The notes under the pieces are model-generated. The model was given only the letters and a program-made list of their open reading frames with translations. It had not been told where the DNA came from and did not search any database. This document shows, in pieces, positions 49,827 to 60,145 of a stretch of DNA of 64,000 bases; position 1 is the stretch's first letter; every line of letters starts with the position of its first letter. The DNA is from an uncultured Christensenella sp. (GTDB lineage Bacteria; Bacillota; Clostridia; Christensenellales; UBA1242): contig CASFQL010000018.1 of assembly GCA_949296965.1 (NCBI GenBank), forward strand, positions 81,413 to 145,412, read 5' to 3'. The translations under genes and the position numbers were made by a program.

Positions 49827-49856
49827 ATTATAACTTTTGAAAGCCCAATAAGTCAA
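49827..49856 (-). promoter_or_regulatory. near-consensus promoter for the giant gene
   Basis: Minus strand: TTGACT (49856-51), 18 nt, TATAAT (49832-27). Implies a 5' UTR of about 95 nt. Confidence 0.5.
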
Positions 49857-50160
49857 ACAAACACACCAAAGTTTTTTATATTTAAAATCAAACATTTTAA
49901 TCACAACAAAAAATCAAAAAAAGATTAAATAATAAAACAAACTTTTAAGATAATTTAAATAAATTAAAAAAATAATTAAAAAAAATTTGCAACATAATTA
50001 AAAAACATAAGGTAAAAAGATAGAAATTAAGTAATTTTTTAAAACAATTTTATAAAATCATTAAATACATTTTAATAAAATTCAAACAATTTTATAAAAT
50101 AGTTAAAACAAATTAGATAGAATTTTAAAACAAATATTATGAAAAACATTTAATTTTTAT

Positions 50161-50192
50161 AAAAAAAACAAGTTATCAAATTGATAACTTGT
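50161..50192 (-). terminator. intrinsic terminator after rplQ
   Basis: Minus strand: ACAAGTTATC-aattt-GATAACTTGT followed by T7-8, 8 nt after the rplQ stop. Confidence 0.75.
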
Positions 50193-50199
50193 TTAATAA

Positions 50200-50712
50200 T
50201 TATACCAATTCAACTAAGCAAAGTTGAGCAGCATCGCCACGCCTTACAGCAGTTTTCAAAACTCTTGTATAACCACCTGCTTGACCTTTTTCTTTATTTC
50301 TCTCAGCATACTTTGGAGCATAAACATTAAATATTTTTTCAATTAAAGGGTGATTAATATCTTTTGTTCTCTCAACAAAATTTGCTTTTGACTCTTTTGG
50401 TTGGCGAACTTCTTGTCTATCAAAGAGTTTAGACATAATAATTCTTCTTGCTTTTAGTTTTCTAGGACCATCATTTAAGACTTCTCTTTTAACTTTTACA
50501 CCCTTACTATCGACATCTGTTTTAACGACCTTAACAGTATCTTCATAAGTTTTGATAGCCAAAGTCAAAATTTTTTCGGCATAACTTTGTAAAGCCTTTG
50601 CTCTTGCAGAGGTAGTAGTAACTTTCCCGTCCCACAAAAGAGAACTTGCTTGATTACGAAGTAAACTAAGTCTTTCCTTAGTTGGCCTATTTAATTTAGC
50701 AATTTTAGCCAT
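50200..50712 (-). CDS. rplQ: 50S ribosomal protein L17 (long form, 170 aa)
   Basis: LNRPTKERLSLLRNQASSLLWDGKVTTTSARAKALQSYAEKILT and C-terminal GYTRVLK..RRGD. Last gene of the alpha operon. Confidence 0.9.
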   Translation of the reverse strand: MAKIAKLNRPTKERLSLLRNQASSLLWDGKVTTTSARAKALQSYAEKILTLAIKTYEDTVKVVKTDVDSKGVKVKREVLNDGPRKLKARRIIMSKLFDRQEVRQPKESKANFVERTKDINHPLIEKIFNVYAPKYAERNKEKGQAGGYTRVLKTAVRRGDAAQLCLVELV

Positions 50713-50750
50713 AATTTTCTCCTTTAAAAATTGTATTTAATAATTAAAGA

Positions 50751-51704
50751 TTAATCTTCATCATTTCTCAAAGATAATCCCATACTTTCAAGTTTATTAA
50801 TAACTTCTTCTAGCGACTTTAAGCCCAAATTTCTAACTTTAAGCATATCATCTTTAGATTTTTTAGTTAAATCTTCAACAGTATTGATATTTGCTCTCTT
50901 CAAACAATTATAACTTCTAACAGAAAGGTCCATATCTTCAATAGACATTTCCATAACCTTAACAGGCTTATCTTCCTCATGAGAAACTAAAATATCAACA
51001 TCGCTCATATAATCAACCATATCAACAAGAAGATGAATATGGTCTTCAATGATTTTAGAAGCAAGACTAACTATTTCCTTTGCACTCATAGTTCCATTAG
51101 TTTGAACATCAAGTGTAAGTTTATCATAATCAATAGATTGACCGACACGAGTACTTTCAACTTTATAACTAACAGCCTTAACAGGGGTAAAAATAGAGTC
51201 GACCAAAATATAACCTATTGAGTAATCATCTCTTTTATTTTTTTGTGCAATATTGTAACCTCTACCACGGCCAATAATTAACTCCATATTAATTTCTGCA
51301 CTATCATCAAGTGTGCAAATTTTAAGGTCAGGGTTTAAGATTTCGACTTGGTCATTAAGTTGAATATCAGAAGCAAAAACTTCACCAGGTCCTTTTTTCT
51401 TTAAGTAAACGATAGTAGTAAAGTCTTCATCAAGCACGCTAGTTTTAACAGCAATACCTTTAATGTTAAGAACAATATCTGTTACATCTTCCATAACCCC
51501 AGGGATACTTGAAAATTCGTGTTGAACACCATCAATTTTAATAGCGATAACAGCAGCACCAGGCATAGAGCCAAGCAATGTTCTTCTCAAACTGTTACCA
51601 ATAGTAATACCAAAGCCTTTTTCGAGAGGTTCTACTACAAAAGTAGCACAACTTTTATCTTCCTTCTCGCTAACAAAGACATTAGGTTTTTCAATCTGCA
51701 TCAT
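50751..51704 (-). CDS. rpoA: DNA-directed RNA polymerase subunit alpha
   Basis: 317 aa. GNSLRRTLLGSMPG and the C-terminal domain LSVRSYNCLKRANI. Confidence 0.95.
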   Translation of the reverse strand: MMQIEKPNVFVSEKEDKSCATFVVEPLEKGFGITIGNSLRRTLLGSMPGAAVIAIKIDGVQHEFSSIPGVMEDVTDIVLNIKGIAVKTSVLDEDFTTIVYLKKKGPGEVFASDIQLNDQVEILNPDLKICTLDDSAEINMELIIGRGRGYNIAQKNKRDDYSIGYILVDSIFTPVKAVSYKVESTRVGQSIDYDKLTLDVQTNGTMSAKEIVSLASKIIEDHIHLLVDMVDYMSDVDILVSHEEDKPVKVMEMSIEDMDLSVRSYNCLKRANINTVEDLTKKSKDDMLKVRNLGLKSLEEVINKLESMGLSLRNDED

Positions 51705-51718
51705 AGAAAATTTCCTCC

Positions 51719-52339
51719 TTATCTTGAATACAACTCGATAATCATATGTTCTTGAATATTCAAGTCGATATCATCTCTCTTTGGTAATGCAATGATTTTA
51801 CCAGATAAAGATTTAGTATTAAATTCCAACCATTTTGGAGTAACCAATTTAATATCTCTAAGTTGTTTAAATTTCTCCAAATCTCTTTTACTTTCTTTAA
51901 CAGAGATTTCATCACCCACTTTAACACTATAAGAAGGTATATTTACAACTTTACCATTAACACAAATGTGACCGTGATTAACAATTTGTCTACTTTCACT
52001 TCTACTATCGCCAATGCCCATTCTATAAATAACATTGTCTAGTCTTCTTTCTAGTAAACTAAGCATATTTTCGCCAACAACACCTTTCATACGAGTTGCT
52101 TTTTCAAAATAACCTCTAAATTGTTTTTCAAGTAGTCCATATACTCTTTTAACTTTTTGTTTTTCTCTTAATTGCAAACCATAATCTGTAACTTTTTTTC
52201 TACCAAGTCCGTGTTGACCAGGAACAACAGGTCTTTTTTCCATAGCACACTTAGGTGAAACACATCTATCACCCTTTAAAAAAAGTTTACAACCTTCTCT
52301 TCTACAAAGTCTGCAATCTGCATCTACATATTTTGCCAT
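51719..52339 (-). CDS. rpsD: 30S ribosomal protein S4
   Basis: 206 aa. Zinc-ribbon-like [10 protein letters not shown]4 domain [10 protein letters not shown]. Confidence 0.95.
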   Translation of the reverse strand: MAKYVDADCRLCRREGCKLFLKGDRCVSPKCAMEKRPVVPGQHGLGRKKVTDYGLQLREKQKVKRVYGLLEKQFRGYFEKATRMKGVVGENMLSLLERRLDNVIYRMGIGDSRSESRQIVNHGHICVNGKVVNIPSYSVKVGDEISVKESKRDLEKFKQLRDIKLVTPKWLEFNTKSLSGKIIALPKRDDIDLNIQEHMIIELYSR

Positions 52340-52355
52340 ACTTTTTTATCTCCTC

Positions 52356-52745
52356 TTAAATTCTTCTCTTCTTAGGAGGACGGCAACCATTATGAGGAAT
52401 AGGAGAAACATCACTAATTTTAGTAACATTTAACTCTGCAGTGCCAAGAGCCCTAATTGCAGCCTCTCTACCATTGCCAGGTCCTTTAACATAAACTTCG
52501 ACTGATTTTAAACCTTGTTCTTTTGCAAGTTTAGCAGCGACTTCAACTGCCTGTTGAGCAGCAAAAGGAGTGCTTTTTCTTGCGCCTCTAAAACCTAGTG
52601 AACCAGCACTAGACCAAGAGAGAGTATTACCAGCAAGGTCAGTAAATGTAACAAGAGTATTGTTAAATGATGCTTGGATATGGACAGCACCCTTATCAAT
52701 ATTCTTAGTTTGTTTTTTCTTTCTAACAACTTTTTTATTAGCCAT
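52356..52745 (-). CDS. rpsK: 30S ribosomal protein S11
   Basis: 129 aa. [27 protein letters not shown]. Confidence 0.95.
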   Translation of the reverse strand: MANKKVVRKKKQTKNIDKGAVHIQASFNNTLVTFTDLAGNTLSWSSAGSLGFRGARKSTPFAAQQAVEVAAKLAKEQGLKSVEVYVKGPGNGREAAIRALGTAELNVTKISDVSPIPHNGCRPPKKRRI

Positions 52746-52765
52746 AATTTAACTTACTACCTCCC

Positions 52766-53134
52766 TTACTTCTTCTTTTTAGCAACAGTCCTTTTTGGAC
52801 CTTTTCTAGTTCTAGCATTTTGTTTAGTGCTTTGACCTCTAACAGGCAACCCCTTACGATGTCTAACACCTCTATAACAACCAATTTCTGACAAAGCCTT
52901 GATGTTAAGGGAAACTTCTCTTGTTAAATCTCCTTCAACAACTAAGTTCTTTTCAATGTAATTTCTAAGAACAGCGACTTGGTCTTCGCTCAAATCTTTT
53001 ACACGAATGTCAGGGCTGATTTTTGTTTCTTTTAAAATTTTGTTACTTGTAACTCTACCAATACCTTTTATGTAGGTAAGTCCGATTTCAAGTCTTTTAT
53101 CGTTTGGTAAATCAACACCAGCGATACGAGCCAT
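52766..53134 (-). CDS. rpsM: 30S ribosomal protein S13
   Basis: 122 aa. [10 protein letters not shown]..., [15 protein letters not shown]. Confidence 0.95.
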   Translation of the reverse strand: MARIAGVDLPNDKRLEIGLTYIKGIGRVTSNKILKETKISPDIRVKDLSEDQVAVLRNYIEKNLVVEGDLTREVSLNIKALSEIGCYRGVRHRKGLPVRGQSTKQNARTRKGPKRTVAKKKK

Positions 53135-53187
53135 ATTAATTCCTCCATAATAAAATAAATTAGATTAAATTAAAAAAATATATATCT

Positions 53188-53247
53188 CACACTATGAATT
53201 TACTTTAACGCAAGAAAAGGCGAAAGTAAAACAGCCGCCATAGTGTG
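53188..53247 (-). promoter_or_regulatory. extended stem-loop in the rpmJ-rpsM spacer (candidate r-protein leader/attenuator)
   Basis: CACACTATG (53188-96) pairs with CATAGTGTG (53239-47). TTTACTTT (53199-206) pairs with AAAGTAAA (53223-30). CGC (53209-11) pairs with GCG (53220-22). Begins 8 nt after the rpmJ stop and ends about 55 nt before the rpsM ATG. Confidence 0.35.
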
Positions 53248-53254
53248 TAATTTT

Positions 53255-53368
53255 CTAGCCTTGTGTTTGTTTATGCTTTTTATTTGGGCATATAACCATA
53301 ACTTTGCCTTCTCTTTTTATAACCTTACATTTATCACAAATAGGTTTAACAGATGGTCTAACTTTCAT
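53255..53368 (-). CDS. rpmJ: 50S ribosomal protein L36
   Basis: Below the ORF-track size cut-off. Hand translation gives [37 protein letters not shown] (37 aa). Canonical position between infA and rpsM. Confidence 0.9.
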   Translation of the reverse strand: MKVRPSVKPICDKCKVIKREGKVMVICPNKKHKQTQG

Positions 53369-53394
53369 TTTTTTATCTCCTTGTTTAATAAAAT

Positions 53395-53619
53395 TTAATT
53401 AGATTTACTTCTCCAAATAATTCTACCCTTAGTCAAATCATAAGGGCTCATTTCAACCTTAACAGCATCACCGGCAAGAATTTTAATAAAATTCATTCTA
53501 AGTTTACCAGAGATGTAGCAAGTGATAATATGCCCATTTTGAAGTTTAACCTTAAACATAGCATTAGGCAAAACTTCAACAACGACACCTTCCGTTTCCA
53601 AACAATCTGATTTTGGCAT
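53395..53619 (-). CDS. infA: translation initiation factor IF-1
   Basis: 74 aa. [22 protein letters not shown]1-like fold. Confidence 0.95.
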   Translation of the reverse strand: MPKSDCLETEGVVVEVLPNAMFKVKLQNGHIITCYISGKLRMNFIKILAGDAVKVEMSPYDLTKGRIIWRSKSN

Positions 53620-53646
53620 AAATTCTCCTTTTTTTCAATAAAAAAC

Positions 53647-53904
53647 TTAATTTTTGTGCATAATGTTAACATTTTTTAAAAATGTAGCAATTTGATAATC
53701 ATAAAGAGAGGAAATGTCATTATCTAAATTATAAACAATAAAACAATCTTTTAAATGTTTTAGCCTTTTTTTCTTTGGATTACAAGTTTTTCGATACTTA
53801 CCATCGCAAAGAAAAGCGAACTCACCATCAATTTTAGTAATAAGGTAAACTCTACCAAAATCGTGGCCCATTTTAGAAATAACCACACTTCCAACTTGTA
53901 GCAC
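53647..53904 (-). CDS. KOW domain-containing small RNA-binding protein
   Basis: 85 aa. GSVVISKMGHDFGRVYLI...DGKYRKTCNPKKKRLKHL. This family is commonly found between map and infA in Clostridia. Confidence 0.7.
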   Translation of the reverse strand: MLQVGSVVISKMGHDFGRVYLITKIDGEFAFLCDGKYRKTCNPKKKRLKHLKDCFIVYNLDNDISSLYDYQIATFLKNVNIMHKN

Positions 53905-53920
53905 AACTTTCTCCTTTTTA

Positions 53921-54655
53921 TTAGGTCAAAATTTCCACCCCATTGTCTGTAATAAGGACTGTGTTTTCATAGTGAGCGGAAGGCAAACCGTCACTAGTTT
54001 TGACCGACCAACCTCTAATTTTGATATCGTATGAGCCCATATTGACCATAGGTTCAATAGCAATAACCATATTAGGTTTTAATTTAGGTCCTAGTCCAGC
54101 ATATCCATAATTAGGAACTGCTGGGTCTTCATGGAGTTCTCTACCCACACCATGACCGACCATATCTCTAACAACTCCAAAGCCAAATTTTTCTACATAG
54201 TTTTGAACTCTGCTTGAAATATCGCCGACAGTGTTTCCTGCTTTAATTCCTTTGATACCTTCAAAGAAACTTTGCCTTGTAACATCAATTAATTTCTGTT
54301 TTTTGCCATCAATCTTCCCAACGGGAAAAGTTCTAGCACTATCACCGTGATAACCTTTATAACAAGCCCCTACATCAATGCTAACAATATCACCTTCTTG
54401 TAAAGGCCTGTCATCTGGGAATCCGTGAACTACAACTTCATTAACAGAAGCACAAATGGAGCCAGGAAAACCACCATAGTGCAAAAATGAAGGAGTAGCA
54501 TCGTTTTTTAAAATAAAATCATGAGCAATCTTATCTAGTTGTTTAGTAGTTACACCGGGTTTAACATACTTTTCAACTTCAAGTAATGTTTCCCTAGTAA
54601 TTCTACCAGCAATTCTCAACAACTCAATTTCCTTTTCAGTTTTTATTTTAATCAT
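53921..54655 (-). CDS. map: type I methionine aminopeptidase
   Basis: Start taken at MIKIKTEKEIELLR (ATG 54655), which avoids overlapping adk. Metal-ligand motifs DIVSIDVG, GHGVGRELHE, IEPM. Confidence 0.93.
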   Translation of the reverse strand: MIKIKTEKEIELLRIAGRITRETLLEVEKYVKPGVTTKQLDKIAHDFILKNDATPSFLHYGGFPGSICASVNEVVVHGFPDDRPLQEGDIVSIDVGACYKGYHGDSARTFPVGKIDGKKQKLIDVTRQSFFEGIKGIKAGNTVGDISSRVQNYVEKFGFGVVRDMVGHGVGRELHEDPAVPNYGYAGLGPKLKPNMVIAIEPMVNMGSYDIKIRGWSVKTSDGLPSAHYENTVLITDNGVEILT

Positions 54656-54665
54656 ATAATCGCCT

Positions 54666-55292
54666 TTATTTACAAATCTTTTGAAGAATTTTATCAACCT
54701 CTTCAAAAGTTTTCTCCTTTGTTTCAAAAGAATTTACTTTTTCAAAAATACCTTTTGAAACATAGAAATCAATTACATCTTGTGGAAGTTTTTGTTTTAA
54801 GAGCCTTTGCCTTATAATTTCAGGTCTATCATCATCTCTTATATAAACTTCCCCACCACATTTTTCGCATTTACCATTAACTAGCCAATCTAAGTGTGAT
54901 GGATTAGAACAGTTTTTACAAATTCTTCTCTTTGACAAACGGTCAATGATAACTTCATCTTCTGCGTCAATCATAATTGCCTTATCAATCTTAGCAAATT
55001 CATCAAGTGCCTTTGCCTGAGATAAAACTCTTGGAAAACCGTCTAATACAAAACCATTTTTACAATCTTCTTTACCAAGTCTATCTTTAACAACAAGTAT
55101 AGTAAGTTCATCTGGGACTAGTAATCCAGCATCAATAAACTCTTTAACCTTAAGACCTAGTTGAGTTTTATTTGTAATATTTGCTCTAAAAATATCACCC
55201 GTTGAGATATGAGGTAGATTATATTTAGAGCAAATAATTTTTGCCTGTGTTCCCTTTCCACTTCCAGGGGGTCCTAATAAAACAATATTCAT
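54666..55292 (-). CDS. adk: adenylate kinase (zinc-lid type)
   Basis: 208 aa. GPPGSGKGTQ. Lid CKNC...CEKCGG. Confidence 0.95.
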   Translation of the reverse strand: MNIVLLGPPGSGKGTQAKIICSKYNLPHISTGDIFRANITNKTQLGLKVKEFIDAGLLVPDELTILVVKDRLGKEDCKNGFVLDGFPRVLSQAKALDEFAKIDKAIMIDAEDEVIIDRLSKRRICKNCSNPSHLDWLVNGKCEKCGGEVYIRDDDRPEIIRQRLLKQKLPQDVIDFYVSKGIFEKVNSFETKEKTFEEVDKILQKICK

Positions 55293-55312
55293 TAATAACT
55301 CCTCACTGTAAA

Positions 55313-56617
55313 TTATTTCAAAAATCCCTTATAATTTCTCATAAGCAATTGAGCATCAAGTTGTTTTTCAAGTTCAAGTGCAACTGAAACGACAATTAAG
55401 AGTCCCGTAGCACTGAAAGCGTTGATAAGCGAACCAGGAGTGCTAACAAATGAGAATATTAAGTTAGGAATTAAAGCAATAAGCCCTAAGAAAATAGCCC
55501 CCCAAAGAGTAATTCTATTGGAAACTTTTTTTAGATAATCAGCCGTAGGTTTGCCAGGTCTATATCCTGGTATAAATCCACCGTTTTGCTGAATTTGCCT
55601 TGAAACTTCTTCTGGATTAAAAGTAATTTGTGAATAGAAGTAAGAAAAGAATAAAATTAACAATGCAACTAAAACTGAATATAACCAAGTGCCAGCACCC
55701 AAGTTGTTTTGATACCACATATAAGCGCTACCTTCTTCTGTGCTATACCAGAAAATACTCATTATAAGTTGTGGAAAACTAATAAAAGCAGTTGCAAAGA
55801 TAATTGGCATAACGCCATTAGCATTAATTTTAATTGGGATATTAGTATTTTGACCGCCATACATCTTTCTACCCTTAATTTGTTTAGCATATTGAACAGG
55901 AACTCTCCTTTCGGCAGTGTCTATCCAAACAATAAAGCCAAAAATCAAAATAAGAAGACCAAAGAATATTAGCAAAGTCCAAATATTTTCGAGATTAGTA
56001 GAACTAATTCCTGCTATATTGTTAAATATTGCCTGACCTGCACTTGAAAGTAAACCTACAAAAATTAATAAAGATAACCCATTTCCAATTCCAAGAGCAG
56101 TAATCTTATCTCCAAGCCAAACAGTAAACATAGCACCAGCAACAAGAATACAAACAACTAAGAACCCTGTTGCGAATGTTGAGCCAAAGAAAACAGAACT
56201 ATCTAGAGTATCTGTTCCAAAACCTACAACAATACCGATTGCTTGAACCAAAGCAAGAATTAAAGCAGTTATTTTAGTATAAAAACCAATCTTTTTCTTT
56301 CCATCTTCACCTTGTTTAGAAAGTCTTTCAAGAGATGGAATAGCAATAGTAAGCAGTTGGATAATAATAGAAGCGTTAATATAAGGGACAACACCAAGTG
56401 CTAAAACTGCTCCGTTAGCAAGTGCGCTACCACTAACGGCACTGATAATTGAAATGAAATCGCCACCACCTTCAACAGCACCTTGGAAGGTATCAAGCAT
56501 AATACCAGGGGTAGGCAACCAGCAACCAACTCTATAAACAAGCAACAAAAGTAAAGTTATTAGAATTTTTCTTCTTATGTCTTTAATTTTAAATGCTTCT
56601 TTAAGACTTTTAAACAT
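55313..56617 (-). CDS. secY: preprotein translocase subunit SecY
   Basis: 434 aa, 10 TM. GIMPIIFA-like motif GVMPIIFA. Confidence 0.95.
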   Translation of the reverse strand: MFKSLKEAFKIKDIRRKILITLLLLLVYRVGCWLPTPGIMLDTFQGAVEGGGDFISIISAVSGSALANGAVLALGVVPYINASIIIQLLTIAIPSLERLSKQGEDGKKKIGFYTKITALILALVQAIGIVVGFGTDTLDSSVFFGSTFATGFLVVCILVAGAMFTVWLGDKITALGIGNGLSLLIFVGLLSSAGQAIFNNIAGISSTNLENIWTLLIFFGLLILIFGFIVWIDTAERRVPVQYAKQIKGRKMYGGQNTNIPIKINANGVMPIIFATAFISFPQLIMSIFWYSTEEGSAYMWYQNNLGAGTWLYSVLVALLILFFSYFYSQITFNPEEVSRQIQQNGGFIPGYRPGKPTADYLKKVSNRITLWGAIFLGLIALIPNLIFSFVSTPGSLINAFSATGLLIVVSVALELEKQLDAQLLMRNYKGFLK

Positions 56618-57063
56618 TATACCTCCTCAACGGTACCCTTAGATTTAACAATTTTCTTTTTAGCAGATTCAGAAAATTTATTTGCTTTAACAGTCAATGC
56701 TTTTTCAAGTTTACCATTTCCAAGAACTTTAACTCCGTATTTTTCGATTTTTGAAAGAATACCTTTCTCAATCAAACTCTTTGCATCAACGACAGCATTT
56801 TCTTCAAATTTGTTAAGGTCCGAAACATTTACAATAGAATATTCTTTTCTAAAATCAGCATTAGTGAAACCGCGTCTAGGCAATTTTCTAATTAAAGGCA
56901 TTTGACCGCCTTCAAAGCCGACACGAACACCACCGCCACTTCTAGCATTTTGACCTTTATGACCTTTGCCACTTGTTTTGCCAAGTCCACTGCCAATACC
57001 ACGGCCAAGTCTTTTTGAAGAAAATTTTGAATTAACCGCAGGTTTCAATGATTGAATGTTCAT
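56617..57063 (-). CDS. rplO: 50S ribosomal protein L15
   Basis: 148 aa. [19 protein letters not shown]. Confidence 0.95.
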   Translation of the reverse strand: MNIQSLKPAVNSKFSSKRLGRGIGSGLGKTSGKGHKGQNARSGGGVRVGFEGGQMPLIRKLPRRGFTNADFRKEYSIVNVSDLNKFEENAVVDAKSLIEKGILSKIEKYGVKVLGNGKLEKALTVKANKFSESAKKKIVKSKGTVEEV

Positions 57064-57093
57064 TTTATTTCTCCTTTATAGATTTTTAAGGTA

Positions 57094-57309
57094 TTAGTCA
57101 ATTTCTTCGACTTTAACCAAGTGTTTAATTTTAAAAAGGCTTCCCTTTATACAATCATTGTTAGGGAAAATCTTTGTAGTGTTAAGTTTAACGAAACCAA
57201 GAGCCTCTAAAATTTTTGCCTGTTTTTTGTCATAGCCTATAACACTTTTTATATAAGTAACTTTTAATTTACCATTACTTTTTGCTTTTTTTGTGCTTTT
57301 CTTTTCCAT
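57094..57309 (-). CDS. rpmD: 50S ribosomal protein L30 (short basic N-terminal extension)
   Basis: 71 aa. KLKVTYIKSVIGYDKKQAKILEALGF. Confidence 0.9.
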   Translation of the reverse strand: MEKKSTKKAKSNGKLKVTYIKSVIGYDKKQAKILEALGFVKLNTTKIFPNNDCIKGSLFKIKHLVKVEEID

Positions 57310-57327
57310 TTTTTATCTCCCTAGCAA

Positions 57328-57996
57328 TTAAATTTCCTCAACGGCTTTACCACGAAGAGCAGCGACTTCTTCACGGGTTCTTAATTTTTTCAAACCCTCA
57401 ATAGTTGCCTTAACTCCGTTAATCTTGTTGTTTGAGCCGTGTGATTTTGTAACGATATCTTTAATACCAGCAAGTTCAATAACTGCTCTTGCACTACCGC
57501 CAGCAATAATACCTGTTCCTTTTGGAGCCGAGAACATATGAACACTGCAAGAACTAAACTCACCAATGACATCATGAGGAATAGTTGTATTAACGATAGG
57601 AACAGAAATTAAATTTTTCTTAGCACTAGCAGTTGCTTTTTCTACTGCTTCTGGGACTTCATTTGCCTTGCCTGTTCCGATACCAACAAGACCATTCTTG
57701 TTGCCAACAACGACAAGAGCACTAAATCTCATTGTTCTACCACCCTTAACAACCTTAGCAACTCTTCTAACTTCGACAAGTTTTTTGTCAAATTCGCTAT
57801 CTTCTCTACGAGTAACAGGTTTATCAGTCTTTTTTCTATCAAACTTTTTATTTGATTGTTTTGTTTCCAAACTAGAAGACTTAACGGTTGATTTTTCAAC
57901 TTTTTTTGTTTTAACTTCAACATTTTGTTCAGTTGTTTCTACATTTTGAGTTTCGACAACATTGTTTTCTTGATTTTCTACCATAATTTCCTCCAT
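57328..57996 (-). CDS. rpsE: 30S ribosomal protein S5 with ~55-aa N-terminal N/E/T/K-rich extension
   Basis: 222 aa. The core starts at about [16 protein letters not shown]. Extension: [32 protein letters not shown]... Confidence 0.93.
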   Translation of the reverse strand: MEEIMVENQENNVVETQNVETTEQNVEVKTKKVEKSTVKSSSLETKQSNKKFDRKKTDKPVTRREDSEFDKKLVEVRRVAKVVKGGRTMRFSALVVVGNKNGLVGIGTGKANEVPEAVEKATASAKKNLISVPIVNTTIPHDVIGEFSSCSVHMFSAPKGTGIIAGGSARAVIELAGIKDIVTKSHGSNNKINGVKATIEGLKKLRTREEVAALRGKAVEEI

Positions 57997-58364
57997 TAGA
58001 ATTTAAGCCCTGCCTTTCTTGCACCTTCTGCTAATTGCAATACTCTACCAGAGTAAAGGTAACCGCCTCTGTCAAAAACAACTTCTTTGATACCTTTTTT
58101 TGTAGCCAACTTTCCAATAAGTTCACCAACTGCAAAAGCCTGTTCGCTCTTTGTTTTCCCCTTTAAAGTTTCAGCAAGAGCGCTAGAAAGAGTGGAAGCA
58201 GCACAAAGAGTTTTACCCTTTTCGTCATCAATAATTTGAGCATAAATATTTGAAGTGCTTCTATAAACATTAAGTCTAGGTGTTGAACTTGAACCAAAAA
58301 CTTTTTTTCTAACTCTCAAATGTCTTTTCTTTCTTTGAGCGTTTTTATTGTCTTTATTAATCAT
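57996..58364 (-). CDS. rplR: 50S ribosomal protein L18
   Basis: 122 aa. [11 protein letters not shown]..., [12 protein letters not shown]. Confidence 0.95.
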   Translation of the reverse strand: MINKDNKNAQRKKRHLRVRKKVFGSSSTPRLNVYRSTSNIYAQIIDDEKGKTLCAASTLSSALAETLKGKTKSEQAFAVGELIGKLATKKGIKEVVFDRGGYLYSGRVLQLAEGARKAGLKF

Positions 58365-58382
58365 TATCTTTCTCCGTTAGTT

Positions 58383-58928
58383 TTATTTCTTACCTGAAAC
58401 TTTTCCGACTTTTTTAATTACAACTTCATCACTATATCTAATTCCATATGCGTGATAAGGTTCGACAGGTCTAAGACCTCTAATTTTTGCTGCAAATTGT
58501 CCAACTTGCTCTTTTGAAATACCCTTTACAACAATAGTAGAAGCATCAGGACATTCAAGTGTAATTCCACTTTCTTCTTCAACATCAATAGTATGAGAGA
58601 GTCCAAGAGAAAGGACAACCTTGTTTCCTTGTTTAATAGCCTTGTAACCAACACCATTAATAACAAGTGTTTTTATAAAGCCCTCTGAAACACCCTTAAC
58701 CATATTAGCAACTAACATTCTATATAATCCGTGTTTTGCCTTACAATCAGATGAATCATTAGGTCTTGTAAGAGTAATGATATTATTATTTACTTCAACT
58801 TTAATAAGTCTATCAACTTTTTGAGTTAAAGTACCAAGTTTACCAGTAACTGTAACAACATTTTCACTATTAACATCAACAGTAACCCCGTTTGGTACTT
58901 CGATTGGCATTCTTCCTATTCTTGACAT
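58383..58928 (-). CDS. rplF: 50S ribosomal protein L6
   Basis: 181 aa. MSRIGRMPIEVPNGV. Confidence 0.95.
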   Translation of the reverse strand: MSRIGRMPIEVPNGVTVDVNSENVVTVTGKLGTLTQKVDRLIKVEVNNNIITLTRPNDSSDCKAKHGLYRMLVANMVKGVSEGFIKTLVINGVGYKAIKQGNKVVLSLGLSHTIDVEEESGITLECPDASTIVVKGISKEQVGQFAAKIRGLRPVEPYHAYGIRYSDEVVIKKVGKVSGKK

Positions 58929-58944
58929 AATCTAAAACCTCCTC

Positions 58945-59343
58945 TTACCAAACGAAAGCCAAGACTTCACCACCAACATTTTGGCGTCTAGCCTCTTTAT
59001 CCGTCATAATACCTTTATTAGTTGAAACAATTGCAATTCCAAGCCCATTTAAAACTTTTGGAATATCATTACATTCTGCGTAAACTCTAAGACCAGGTTT
59101 AGAAATCCTTTTCAAACCTTGGATAACTTTTTCTCCATTAGGTCCATATTTAAGAGTAATTTTAATTGATTTGTAATTGCCATCATCAACGAGTTCGTAT
59201 TTTTCAATATAACCTTCGTTAAAAAGAATTTCGGCAATAGCATTTTTTGTTTTTGAAGCAGGAACACTAACTTCAAGTTTTTTAATAGTCAAAGCATTTC
59301 TGACTCTTGTGAGCATATCTGCGATTGGGTCTGTAACTATCAT
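58945..59343 (-). CDS. rpsH: 30S ribosomal protein S8
   Basis: Start taken at [17 protein letters not shown] (ATG 59343, AGGAG 9 nt upstream). The track's TTG start would overlap rpsZ. Confidence 0.93.
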   Translation of the reverse strand: MIVTDPIADMLTRVRNALTIKKLEVSVPASKTKNAIAEILFNEGYIEKYELVDDGNYKSIKITLKYGPNGEKVIQGLKRISKPGLRVYAECNDIPKVLNGLGIAIVSTNKGIMTDKEARRQNVGGEVLAFVW

Positions 59344-59360
59344 CTTATATTTCTCCTTTA

Positions 59361-59546
59361 TTACCAACTAGACTTTTTAACGCCAGGAATCTCGCCCTTA
59401 TAGGCTAAATTTCTAAAACAAATTCTGCAAATACCATATTTTTTTAATACAGCATGAGGTCTACCACAAATAGAACATCTTGTATATTCTCTTGTAGCGT
59501 ATTTTTGCTTTCTTTGTTGTTTGTTAATCATTGATTTTTTTGCCAT
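59361..59546 (-). CDS. rpsZ: 30S ribosomal protein S14 type Z (zinc-binding)
   Basis: 61 aa. [20 protein letters not shown]. Confidence 0.95.
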   Translation of the reverse strand: MAKKSMINKQQRKQKYATREYTRCSICGRPHAVLKKYGICRICFRNLAYKGEIPGVKKSSW

Positions 59547-59575
59547 AATAAATATCCTTTTTAATCCTAAAAAAA

Positions 59576-60136
59576 TTATCTTTTTGCAAAAGGCATTCCA
59601 AGCAAACTAAGTAAGGAATAAGCCTCTTTATCAGTCTTGGCAGTAGTAACAATGATAACATCCATACCTCTGACTTTTTCGACTTTTTCATATGAAATTT
59701 CAAGGAAAATAAGTTGTTCTTTTATACCAAAGGAATAATTTCCCCTACCATCAAAAGACTTTGGACTAACTCCCTTAAAATCTCTAACTCTTGGAAGAGC
59801 AACTGAAATAAGTTTATCTAAAAACTCATACATAATGTCGCCTCTAAGAGTAACCTTTGCACCAATTTTTTGTCCTTCCCTAACTTTGAAGTTAGAAATT
59901 GATTTTCTAGCAAGAGTAGGAACGGCTTTTTGACCAGTAATTGCAGTAAGTTCGTCAAGAGCCAAATTAAAACTTTTAGAGTTGTCTTTAACTTGACCTA
60001 AGCCCATACTAACGACAATTTTATCAAGTTTAGGTATTTCCATAACATTTTTATAAGAATATTCTTTCTTTAATGCAGGAACAACGCTTTTCTTGTAAAA
60101 CTCACGAAGTCTAACATTATCTTTTTTGTTTGCCAT
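59576..60136 (-). CDS. rplE: 50S ribosomal protein L5
   Basis: 186 aa. [29 protein letters not shown]. Confidence 0.95.
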   Translation of the reverse strand: MANKKDNVRLREFYKKSVVPALKKEYSYKNVMEIPKLDKIVVSMGLGQVKDNSKSFNLALDELTAITGQKAVPTLARKSISNFKVREGQKIGAKVTLRGDIMYEFLDKLISVALPRVRDFKGVSPKSFDGRGNYSFGIKEQLIFLEISYEKVEKVRGMDVIIVTTAKTDKEAYSLLSLLGMPFAKR

Positions 60137-60145
60137 CTCTTCCTC

